From Ruditapes philippinarum (Eukaryota), in assembly GCF_026571515.1 (NCBI RefSeq), contig NW_026858322.1, positions 1-64,000 on the forward strand: a DNA stretch of 64,000 nt, read 5' to 3'. The notes below the pieces were generated by a model, which was not told the DNA's origin, did not search any database, and was given only the letters and a program-made list of their open reading frames with translations. Shown piece after piece: positions 1 through 12,500 of this stretch (positions are counted from its first letter, which is position 1; each line of letters starts with the position of its first letter). Made by a program: the position numbers and the translations under genes.

Positions 1-165
1 AGGAACATTCCTGTGAAGTTTGGATGAAATTGGCTTAGTGGTTTATGAGGAGATGTCATTTAAAGTAAAAGTTAACTGACGGACGCCGGACGGACGCCGG
101 ACGGACGCCGGACGAAAAGCGATCACAAAAGCTCACCCTGTCACTTTGTGACAGGTGAGCTAAAA
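1..165 (+). mobile_element. 3' end of a Helentron/HINE-like non-autonomous element
   Basis: GGACGCC/GGAC microsatellite followed by hairpin AGCTCACC(C)TGTCAC-TTT-GTGACAGGTGAGCT and an A-rich end. Confidence 0.6.
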
Positions 166-268
166 ATGGAAGCTGGTTCTGAACAAGTCCAAACAATGGA
201 AGCTGGTTCTGAACAAGTCCAAACAATGGAAGCTGGTTCTGAACAAGTCCAAACAATGGAAGCTGTTC
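164..268. repeat. 30-bp tandem repeat, about 3.5 copies (AATGGAAGCTGGTTCTGAACAAGTCCAAAC)
   Basis: Exact direct copies in HINT1 intron 2. Confidence 0.9.
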
Positions 269-544
269 AGCATGTTAAGAATTAAATCCATATACTCTTG
301 AGTAATGATACTTAAGGGGCACAAGTACAATCCAGAAACTAAATGTCTGTGGCATTTTTATGGATTCTGGAATCCGTTCATACCGTGGCACAAAATATCC
401 AAAACACCCATATAATACCAAAATATTGCCAAATATACCCAAATATAGCATATTTGGACACATTTGGGCAATATTAAGGTGACTTTGGGTGTACTTGGGT
501 AAATTTGGGTGTATTTGGGTATTTCATGCTGCCCTTGTTCATAC

Positions 545-1840
545 CTGCTCTTCTGCATCATCGGCCTTCTCTAACATCTGTATAGGTTTTCTCGGGATGA
601 CAAGAAAATGTGTGGGAGCCTGAGGGCTCATATCATTGAAGGCAACACACTGAAAATTTCAATACATTATATAAATGAAGGCTCCAAATTGATAATATCA
701 ATACATTGTATAAATGAAGGCTCCACACTGAAAATATTAATACATTGTATAAATGAAGGCTCCAAATTGATAATATCAATACATTGTATAAATGAAGGCT
801 CCACACTGAAAATATTAATACATTGTATAAATGAAGGCTCCAAATTGAAAATATCAATACATTGTATAAATGAAGGCTCCATACTGAAAATATCAATACA
901 TTGTATAAATGAAGGCTCCAAATTGAAAATATCAATACATTGTATAAATGAAGGCTCCACACTGAAAATATCAATACATTGTATAAATGAAGGCTCCATA
1001 CTGAAAATATCAATACATTGTATAAATGAAGACAAAAGTAACATACTGAAAATATCAATACATTGTATAAATGAAGGCTCCATACTGAAAATATCAATAC
1101 ATTGTATTAATGAAGACAACAGTAACATACTGAAAATATCAATACAATGTATAAATGAAGGCTCCACACTGAAAATATCAATACATTGTATAAATGAAGG
1201 CTCCACACTGAAAATATCAATACAATGTATAAATGAAGGTCACACACTGAAAATATCAATACATTGTATAAATGAAGGCTCCAAACTGAAAATATCAATA
1301 CATTTATAATTGAAGGCTTTACACAGACAATATTATTACATGAGTTTTATACCTGAAAAAAAATCCAGGGGTCTAATCAAGGAGATTGCCATAGACAACA
1401 GCATGGAGCTTTATGATCACTGGCATAGAGTGCCAGTAAATAATAAAGCTATAGACTACCTGTGTTACTAGTCATCAGTAGGGCATACCGTTTTAATTTA
1501 TTTCATTATAACTGTTTATGATAAGGTACAGATCCATTTCGAAATAAAAGAATCAAGTCAAATATTGAATTTATATCAAATAAATGTATTCTTTCATAGA
1601 GTAAATGAAATTTATTTGGCAAGTACGACACTGCTCGAGGACGAATCGTACAATTAATTTCTGTTACTCTTTTTCCTAAGAAATGAGAGGAATGTCATTT
1701 GATTGTTTATGACTAACATAATTTTTTACCTTGTCATCTTCGTAAATAAATTTACAAGGTATGTCGCCTCTAGCTATTTTTCCAAATATAGTGTCTTCTG
1801 TCGGTTCAGCCACTTGGGCTTTCGCTATTTCGTCAGCCAT
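545..1840 (-). CDS. HINT1: Histidine triad nucleotide-binding protein 1, partial: exon 1 1840-1730, exon 2 649-545; exon 3 (HIT motif) presumably left of the window
   Basis: Spliced translation [37 protein letters not shown]|[35 protein letters not shown]; canonical GT/AG junctions; 111- and 105-nt exons both end in phase 0. Confidence 0.95.
637..1318. repeat. 39-bp tandem array (about 17 copies) made of the HINT1 intron 1 / exon 2 acceptor junction
   Basis: Minus-strand unit tttatacaatgtattgatattttcag|TGTGGAGCCTTCA versus real junction gtattgaaattttcag|TGTGTTGCCTTCA. Confidence 0.93.
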
Positions 1841-3443
1841 ATTTAGTGAGCTTAAAGACAGGATAAAATGGCGTAATGTAGTGTTAAACAACGCAAAGTT
1901 GTGTAATGCGGTATTGTTTAAAAAGTAGGTGGCGTTTGTATTTTATAAAATTTTCCTTTACTGTAAGTATAGTGGATATTGCAATATACGTTTAATTACG
2001 TTAATGAATAAAAAAAGTGTAAAATAGGAAAAAACGGAATTCCTAAAGAAAACCCAAAACGACATAATTGAATTAACTAGAGATTAACATAATATGTTAT
2101 CTTCTTGTCTTGTAAAAATGTATCACCTCTAGCTACTGAAGCATAATTACATTATATATTAATAACCAATATCCTGTTGATGTTTTCTGTTATCAGTAGA
2201 AATAGAAAGTAATATTTCAGATTTTGCTACTGTTATTTATATATATTTTTCATTATGATATGTTGGTAGAAAAGTGTGAAATCTTATTGGTCCATGGAAT
2301 TTAATCTAGCTAAGTGTGAAAATTTTAGAAAGGCCAAGAGAGAAAAACATTTTATATTTCCTAATATCAACTACATAGCAAAGAACTTAACACATTGGAG
2401 CTGCTTATTATTTAGGCCTAACAATAAGGTAATTAAAAAGATTTAGTCTGGACAATCACATTAGTCAAATATCACAACAGCAAAAGCTAAAACTCACAGA
2501 TTTATAAAGAAAGGACTGATTTTAACTTCAATCATAAGGTCAAAAAAATTGCCAATATAACTTATGTAAGGCTCCAGTAAGACCATTGTTCCACAGACTT
2601 GCATCCTACGAAAAAATCTCACCCTCTGATATCATTCTTAAGAACATAGTCCTTGTATGCTACTGCTAGCCCAAATTTTTAAAACATATTTACATGGCAA
2701 TTAATTGTATCTCTTCTAACTAGATAACTTGTAAGCCAATAAAGATTTTATCTTTTATCTTAGTTTTGTAGTTCCTTTTGCTTTTGCATACTTATTGCAA
2801 TCATTATCAGTATATACTTTTTGCAATCATTAGCAGTATACTAATTGCAATCATTAGCAGTATTATGTCCAGTGTACAGGAGAATCAGTCAGACGCTACC
2901 ATTTTGTCTTGTTGATCTTTTATTTTATTGATCTTTCAAATCGTATCTTTTGATTTAAAAAGTGTAAATACATTATTGTACTATACCCGAAGTCAGAAGC
3001 ATAAGAATGTATTTTCCTTTGATTTACAGTTGAATGGATTATCATTGACTTGTTGATTACAAATAGAAAGACCCTGATTATATTTATAAAAATAGCTTTA
3101 TAAATATCTAAAAGAAAATAGAATATACAAAATGCCTGGGCTTGAAAGAAAAATTCGAAATTCTGGAGATTAAGACACAAAAATACGCGATAAAAGTTAG
3201 TAAAAAGATAAGTTATAAAATAACTTTAGTATGTAGGTTTTGAGCTATATTTACCCAAATACTCGGAATGTGACGGAAAGGACCTTAAAGTGGCGGTAAC
3301 GTGTATTAAGCGTTTTGCATATTTACATAGTTATCAAAATGTAAATTTTTCAATGAAAACATTACGATAAATTTCGAATCATTTTGTCCCTCTATTTTAA
3401 ATTGATAATGAGTCACCTCAATTGTTCATTGAAAGTGGATCTA

Positions 3444-3497
3444 CCAATAGTTTCGAAGTGTCACGTGATAACAAAATGGTGGATAAACTAACTTCCG
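3444..3497 (+). promoter_or_regulatory. Rab proximal promoter: CCAAT, CLEAR/E-box-like GTCACGTGAT (3460-3469), ETS-like ACTTCCG
   Basis: Motifs lie 100-150 bp upstream of ATG 3595, between the divergent HINT1 and Rab genes. Confidence 0.45.
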
Positions 3498-3594
3498 TGT
3501 TACGCTCCAAATCATAAACTTTGTAAATATCTTTGAATTGCGCACAAAAATTTATGTATTCACAACTAAACAAAGAATAGAATAATAGGCTATC

Positions 3595-6500
3595 ATGAAA
3601 TCATTAGAAGCGAAAGTTGTTGTACTCGGATCTCAAGGTATTTTCCCTTTTTTACTAAGATTTATTACAAGAAACTAATTTTAATAACTGTTAAATTGTG
3701 TTGATGACGTAACGATCAGCTGTTAATTACTAATATTGGATAAACTTTAGAATATGTCCGCAGCTATTTTTAACACACAATTATTTCTACAATATATATC
3801 AATTTATGTTTCTCTAAACATCACGCAGATTAATAAGAATTAGGGTTAGTGTTATGGGTTAGGGTTAGTGTGTATATTGGTTAGGATTAGAGAGTTAGGT
3901 TATAACAAATGAATTTTGCTGTGTTTAGATTCTAAAAGTTCTCCCTAATATTAGTTATATGTTGCCTACTCAGAAATTATAGCTTTAAAGTTTAATTGTG
4001 TCCGTTTTTATTCTGCACTGTATAATTATATTCTTCACTATTTTTACTCTTTTTTTTCCTCTTGCGCATTAACCTGACAGTAAACTTTTAGTTAGTTGAA
4101 TGTGGCCATATATTGGAAGAAGAAGAAGATGAGATTTCTCTTGTTTACATAAAATAGATACCTTGTATTTTTACTTATCTCTATATATGTGTCTGCCTCT
4201 CCATTTTGTGGGTTAAATACACTTATAGAAAGGGCAATATAATAAGTTGCCTATGTTAAAGTATTTATAAAGTTTATATTTCTGTTTGAAATATCTAAGT
4301 TTTGATATTGATGCTAAAATAAAAACTTTAAAAGATAAAATGTGAAATTTATATGCCATATGTTATTGTACATGTACATGTATGATGTGTGTGGAATTGT
4401 AACTTTATAATATTAACCAAATCTCCGGTATCGGTTCCACCCAGCAGGTACCATCAGAGTGTAAAATCACTATGAAATGCCCTTGCACTATGTGCTGGAC
4501 ATACCCCCAGCCATTTTGCTGCAGAAACAAAACGACAGCATTTTCCAAGCGGCATTTGGACAGAAGAAAGGTGAAAATAGGCTCATTCCTCCCCTCTTAT
4601 CCATAACCTGTCCCTAGTATTGGTGAGCTCAGGTAACAATTGCTTGACCAGTGCATGAACAATTTATAAATCATTGAATGATTACTGTTTTTTAAAGCTT
4701 ATACTAAGGAAGGTTAAATGAAAAATGGCTGAACTTTCAAAATTTATAATATCAAACTGTTAAAGAAATTGCCTTACCAGAGTTTCATCAATATATATGT
4801 TATTGAATGATACCATTACTATCAGTATGACATCACATTACATTGCACATGGTGTTACTGGTAGTTATGATGTCATACATGGTAATACTGGTGGTTATGA
4901 TGTCATACATGGTGATACTGGTGGTTATGATGTCACACATGGTGATACTGGTAGTTATGAGATACTGGTGGTTATGATGTCATACATGGTGATACTGGTA
5001 GTTATGATGTCACACATGGTCATACTGGTAGTTATGATGTCATACATGGTGATACTGGTGGTTATGTCATACATGGTGATACTGGTAGTTATGAGATACT
5101 GGTGGTTATGATGTCATACATGGTGATACTGGTGGTTATGATTTCATACATGGTGATACTGGTAGTTATGATGTCATATGTGCTGGTTCTGGTAGTAATG
5201 ATGTCATACATGGTGATACTGGTAGTTATGATGTCATATGTGCTGGTTCTGGTAGTAATGATGTCATACATGGTGATACTGGTAGTTATGATGTCATATG
5301 TGGTGATACTGGTGGTTATGATTTCATACATGGTGATACTGGTAGTTATGATGTCATATGTGCTGGTTCTGGTAGTAATGATGTCATACATGGTGATACT
5401 GGTAGTTATGATGTCATACATTATGGTACTGGTAGTTAGGATGTCATACATGGTGATACTGGTAGTTATGATGCCATACATGGTGATACTGGTAGTTATG
5501 ATGTCATACATGATACTGGTAGTTATGATGTCATATATGGTGATACTGGTAGTTATGATGTCATAAATGGTGATACTGGTAGTTATGATGTCATACATGG
5601 TGGTACTGGTAGTTATTATGTCATACATGGTGATACTGGTAGTTATGATGTCATACATGGTGATACTGGTAGTTACGATGTCATACATGCTTATACTGGT
5701 AGTTATGATGTCATACATGGTGATACTGGTAGTTACGATGTCATACATGCTTATACTGGTAGTTATTATGTCATACATGGTGTTACTGGTAGTTATGATG
5801 TCATACATGGTGTTACTGGTAGTTATGATGTCATACATGGTGATACTGGTAGTTATGATGTCATACATGGTGATACTGGTAGTTATGATGTCATACATGG
5901 TGTTACTGGTAGTTATGATGTCATACATGGTGATACTTGTAGTTATGATGTCATACATGGTGATACTTGTAGTTATGATGTCATATCTGGTGATATTGGT
6001 AGTTATGATGTCATATATGATGATACTTATAGTTATGATGTCATACATTCATTGGACAATCCAATTTCAAAAATTGTGCTGAATCCATAACACAAACCCA
6101 TCATGTTGTTGGTTAACCTAAACTATTTTATAATTTTTCATAATCTTAAAAAACTTGATCTGTATACTTTAATTCCTTGATTGTTATTCAGGTGTTGGTA
6201 AAACAAGTGTTGTAATCAGGTATGTTGGTGGAATGTTTAGTAAAGCTGTGAGTCCAACAATTGGGGCCTCATTCTTTACCTATAAACTGTAAGTATTCAT
6301 AAGGTCTATATATAGAGTCAGATAAACAGTTACCCTGTCTTTTAATTATAGCTGTCATCGATAGAGACAATATGGTTGTATCGTTGATATTTTTCTGTCG
6401 ATCAATTATGATGAAAAAATTGAGAATTTGGATTAATTATTTAGATGTCTAGAAATTATGAAAATTCACTTAAAACTTATTCAAAAGCAGGTGGCCATGT

Positions 6501-9500
6501 CTAAGCCGTTGTTACATATTGGACAGATGTCATAGCAGTAATAACAAAAAATGATAAGAAAACAAATCATTCAAAGGACATTTATAAACAGGACAAAACA
6601 TTGATATGAACGGAACATGTATTTTATTAAGATCATTTAAATAGGTATAAAAAGAAATTATCAATATTGGTGTATCACTGATATTTGTCATCAGGATCCA
6701 ATATTGATATATTGTCAATATGCTATGAACTGAATCAATGACAGCTCTACTTCTGATACATGAATTCTTTATTCTCAGTTTTCATAAATGTACATTAATA
6801 ATAATTTTCTCATATTTGTGTTTTGGGAATATTTTTCTTTCCCTTGCTTTTGAAATGAATAATAATTTTTTAAGGAAACAAATTAAATTGTATTTATTTA
6901 TTAAAACCGCAATTTACATAATGTCAGGATTAAATTTCATTTCATGACAAAATCTTTAATTCATATTGAATATGAAAAGGACATTAAGTTTGTCAATTTT
7001 CAATTTAAAAATTATTTCAGAAATGTGGACAATTATAGAGTAAAACTTCAAGTATGGGACACGGCTGGCCAAGAAAGGTTTCGCTCAATGGTACATATAA
7101 AAACCTTGTAATATTTTAATCGTTACATTTTTTATACCTTTCAACCCTTGTTTTATGGGAAGGTTTTACCTATGTCATCCATGCTTATGCCTGAAAAAAA
7201 ATAAGAAGGGTCTACGAGTTCTTTCACAGTCAATATACAGGTAACTGGAAAGTCAAAATATGACTTTTTATTTGTTTGGGTCGTCAGACCAAACAAATAA
7301 TGGTAGCGAAATTTCAGAGCCTAATGCTGTCAATTGCAAATGCCTAAAGTAGTCCACTTTTTTCCAGCGGTTACTTCCCTTTATATGTACACTAACGCCG
7401 AAAAATTCAGGGGATATCAATGCGTAAAGATTGTCAAATGACAGGCGCATTAATTTTCAAGCAAAGTAGTTCCCGAATGGTCGAAGATTTCTAATATTGT
7501 TTCATTCTTTATACATGCTTACAGTAAGCTCCATGATTATTTACATCTGTGTTTAGCGTCGAAATAATAAGATTTAGAATAATGTGGTTTTCTTCAGGCC
7601 GTTTAACATATAACTTCACAGTGGCCGAGGGGTTTGCACGCTCATTTAGGAAGCGAGAGGTCTGGAGTTCAAATCCCAGTTGAGGCAACTCATTTTTTTA
7701 GAATTTTTATTTTAAGTCAAATAAACATTGAATTGACTATCAGTGTTGCAATTAGTCTTATAGCCAATTTACTACAGTTAAAACACTGGAAAGCATTGGT
7801 GGCACTATACAAAAACAAATTGGTTTATAATCTCACAACCTTCACCTTTCTGACATTCTGAGACCCAAACAAATTCAGCGCCTTCTGTGTTTGATTTCAA
7901 AGTGTCAGTGTGACTTAAAATCCAACAAATATTTTTATTGGACTGTCTATATCTAGATCTGTATTGGACTGTTGGAATGTGAACTTAGTAGTTTACAGGA
8001 CTATGTATCTAGATCTATATTGGTCTGTTTCTTGGACTGTCTGTATCTAGATTTTTATTGGACTGTCTGTATTGGACTGTCAATATAAAGGTTTATATTG
8101 AACTTTCTATATCTACATCAATATTGGACTATCTGTATCAAAATCTGTATTGCACTGTGTATATCTAGAGCATAAGACTGTCTCTATTTAGATCTATATT
8201 GGATTATCTGTATTGAACTATCTAGATCTAGTTTTGTCTGTCTTTTTCTACATCATTATTGGACTACCTGCATCAAAATCTATATTGGTCTGTCTGTCTG
8301 TATGTATATCTATATTGGTCTGTCCATATCTAGATGTATATTTAATTGTCTATATTGAACTGTATTAATTTAGATTGCACTGTGTAATTAAATCTATATT
8401 GGACTGAGTATATCTAAGTCTATATTGGACTGTCTGCAGCTTATTTTTATTGGACTGTGTGTATCTAGATCTATATTATGATGATTTTTTTTCAGGCCCC
8501 AATGTACTACAGAAAAGCAAATGCTGCCATGTTGATATATGATATTACATCTTCAGATACATTTTATGATATTAAAGACTGGGTCAGTGGTAAGTATATA
8601 AAATAAATAAATTGAGGCAGGGGACCATGTGCTTCAGGTGTATTCCCATATCAGAGAAAAAGTAAATTAAAAATTGACTTTCTTCAGTATAAATATATCC
8701 ACTAATATTCATTGCATAAACACATTCTTTGGGAAAGTTATCATTGTTTACCTTCCAGTGTTGAAAACTTGGTTTACAGAAATTTATTAGAATTTATTTT
8801 AGTATGATTGTTTATGTTGAAAATTATAAATTATAGACACATTCTAGAATGAATTTCTGAAACTTTAACCAGTATGACCAATTTAACCAATACTGAGCTG
8901 TTATTGTGAAGTTTCTTGCACAAGGAAACAACAGCTAATGCCTCTGACAGGTTTTAAACCAACTCGGCCAAAAACCTTGTCAATAGCTTAGAATATTTAT
9001 AAAGCCTAGAAATCTAGTAACCCTTAATCTGGGATGACTGAATATACCCATGCAACCAGTGCAGACCAAGCACATTCATGCCGTCTGATTGTGGTCTGCA
9101 CTGGTGGTAATTCAGTCAGTACTTATCTTGAAATTTTCCCTATAAAATGATGCATTCTTTTGTCCCAATCAAAACCTGGACAAATCCATTTAAGATATTT
9201 CTCATTGTAAAGATTAAGTGAAATTTGTTTGTTCTGTACTACTATATGTTATCATATATTTTATTTGTAAAAGCAATTTCTTTTTCTTTTTTTTTCAGAA
9301 CTAAAAAGGAATGTTGACACACCTATAAGTAAGTTTAATTTAGAATAATATTCAGTAAGTAAAATTATAAATAACCTTTTTTGGAGCAAAATATTACAGG
9401 TATTTGTTTGTTTGGCATTTAAGATTAGGATATATTTCTATAGTGAAAACCAGATGTCAGTACAGTAACATGTTTGGTTGGTAACATAATTATGATTTAT

Positions 9501-12500
9501 GTTACAGTAATGTGTCTGGTTGGTAACATTATTATGATTTATGTTACAGTAAAGTGTCTGGTTGGTAACATAATTATGATTTATGTTACAGTAACGTGTC
9601 TGGTTGGTAACATTATTATGATCTATGTTACAGTAACGTGTCTGGTTGGTAACATAATTATGATTTATGTTACAGTAACGTGTCTGGTTGGTAACATAAT
9701 TATGATCTACGTTACAGTAACATGTCTGGTTGGTAACATAATTATGATCTATGTTACAGTAACATGTCTAGTTGGTAACATAATTATGATCTACGTTACA
9801 GTAACATGTCTGGTTGGTAACATAATTATGATCTGTGTTACAGTAACATGTCTAGTTGGTAACATAATTATGATCTACATTACAGTAGCATGTCTGGTTG
9901 GTAACATAATTATGATCTACGTTACAGTAACATGTCTGGTTGGTAACATAATTATGATCTACGTAACAGTAGCATGTCTAGTTGGTAACATAATTATGAT
10001 CTACGTTACAGTAACATGTCTGGTTGGTAACATAATTATGATCTATGTTACAGTAACATGTCTGGTTGGTAACATAATTATGATCTATGTTACAGTAACA
10101 TGTCTAGTTGGTAACATAATTATGATTTACGTTACATAACAGTAACATGTCGTTGGTAACATATTATACATGTTAACAGTAACATGTCTGGTTGGTAACA
10201 TAATTATGATTATGATCTTGTTACAGTTAGTAACATGTCTGGTTGGTAACATTATTATTATCTATATTACAGTAACATGTCTGGTTGGTAACATAATTAT
10301 GATCTATATTACAGTAATATGTCTGGTTGGTAACATAATTATGATCTTGTTACAGTAACATGTCTGGTTGGTAACATAATTATGATCTACGTTACAGTAA
10401 CATGTCTGGTTGGTAACATAATTATGATCTACGTTACAGTAACATGTCTGGCTGGTAACATAATTATGATCTACGTTACAGTAACATGTCTGGTTAGTAA
10501 CATAATTATGATCTACGTTACAGTAACATGTCTGGTTGGTAACATAATTATGATCTATGTTACAGTAACATGTCTGGTTGGTAACATAATTATCATCTAT
10601 GTTACAGTGACATGTCTGGTTGGTAACATAATTATGATCTATGTTACAGTCATGTCTGTTGGTAACAGTAAACTATGTAATCATGTCTGGTTACAGTAAC
10701 ATGTCTGGTTTGGTAACATAATTATGATCTATGTTACAGTAACATGTCTGGTTGGTAACATAATTATGATCTACGTTACAGTAACATGTCTGGTTGGTAA
10801 CATAATTATGATCTATGTTACAGTAACATGTCTGGTTAGTAACATAATTATGATCTATGTTACAGTAGCATGTCTGGTTAGTAACATAATTATGATCTTG
10901 TTACAGTACCATGTCTGGTTGGTAACATGATTATGATCTATGTTACAGTACCATGTCTGGTTGGTAACATAATTATGATCTATGTTACAGTAACATGTCT
11001 GGTTGGTAACATAATTATGATCTTTGTTACAGTAACATGTCTGGTTGGTAACATAATTATGATCTGTGTTACAGTAACATGTCTGGTTGGTAACATAATT
11101 ATGATCTATGTTACAGTAACATGTCTGGTTGGTAACATAATTATGATCTATGTTACAGTAGCATGTCTGGTTGGTAACATAATTATGATCTTGTTACAGT
11201 AGCATGTCTGGTTGGTAACATAATTATGATCTATGTTACAGTAGCATGTCTGGTTGGTAACATAATTATGATCTATGTAACAGTAGCATGTCTGGTTAGT
11301 AACATAATTATGATCTACGTTACAGTAACATGTCTGGTTGGTAACATAATTATGATCTACGTTACAGTAACATGTCTGGTTGGTAACATAATTATGATCT
11401 ACGTTACAGTAACATGTCTGGTTGGTAACATAATTATGATCTATGTTACAGTAACATGTCTGGTTGGTAACATAATTATGATCTATGTTACAATAACATG
11501 TCTGGTTGGTAACATATTATGATCTATGTTACTGTAACATGTCTGGTTGGTAACATAATTATGATCTATGTTACAATAACATGTCTGGTTGGTAACATAA
11601 TTATGATCTATGTTACTGTAACATGTCTGGTTGGTAACATAATTATGATCTATGTTACTGTAACATGTTTGGTTGGTAACATAATTATGATCTATGTTAC
11701 AGTAACATGTCTGGTTGGTAACATTATTATGATCTATGTTACTGTAACATGTCTGGTTGGTAACATAATTATGATCTATGTTACAATAACATGTCTGGTT
11801 GGTAACATAATTATGATCTATGTTACAGTAACATGTCTGGTTGGTAACATAATTATGATCTATGTTACAATAACATGTCTGGTTGGTAACATAATTATGA
11901 TCATGTTACAGTAACATGTTTGGTTGGTAACATAATTATGATCATGTTACAGTAATGGGTCTGGTTGGTAACATAATTATGATCCATGTTACAGTAACAT
12001 GTTTGGTTGGTAACATAATTATGATCTACATTACAGTAACATGTCTGGTTGGTAACATAATTATGATCTATGTTAAAGTAACATGTCTGGTTGGTAACAT
12101 AATTATGATCTATGTTACAGTAACATGTCTGGTTGGTAACATAATTATGATCTATGTTACAGTAACAATGTCTGGTTGGTAACATAATTATGATCTATGT
12201 TACAGTAACAATGTCTGGTTGGTAACATAATTATGATCTATGTTACAGTAACAATGTCTGGTTGGTAACATAATTATGATCTATGTTACAGTAACATGTC
12301 TGGTTGGTAACAAGTGTGATCTACAGGATGGTAGACAGGTGAAGGAGGAAGATGCCAAAGATTATGCTGATTCTATAGATTCTCTATTCTACGAAACATC
12401 TGCCTTGAAAAATACAGGTATTTATGCTCCATTTAGTTCAAACATATATTTATTTAAGCTTGATTGTAAAACAACTTCTTGGAACTTACATCAATCACTT

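Noticed and set aside
164-268. 30-bp repeat as a third splice-junction array (HINT1 exon 3)
   Set aside because: No recognisable similarity to the expected exon 3 start (LLGHL..); the exon is outside the window, so this cannot be tested here
608-1309. Long repetitive ORFs on both strands (233, 154, 179 aa)
   Set aside because: By-products of the 39-bp array inside HINT1 intron 1
4797-6082. Thr/Ile-rich and Val/Met-rich ORFs up to 319 aa
   Set aside because: Translations of a 30-bp intronic minisatellite; no unique flanking coding sequence
7620-7690. Possible tRNA genes (also 12657-12720 and 44260-44325)
   Set aside because: A/B-box-like motifs only; acceptor and anticodon stems do not close, consistent with SINE heads
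9474-12185. IYVTVTCLVGNIIM-repeat ORFs as a separate protein, or the array as CRISPR
   Set aside because: Contiguous tandem units with no unique spacers, frameshifted repeatedly, inside a eukaryotic intron
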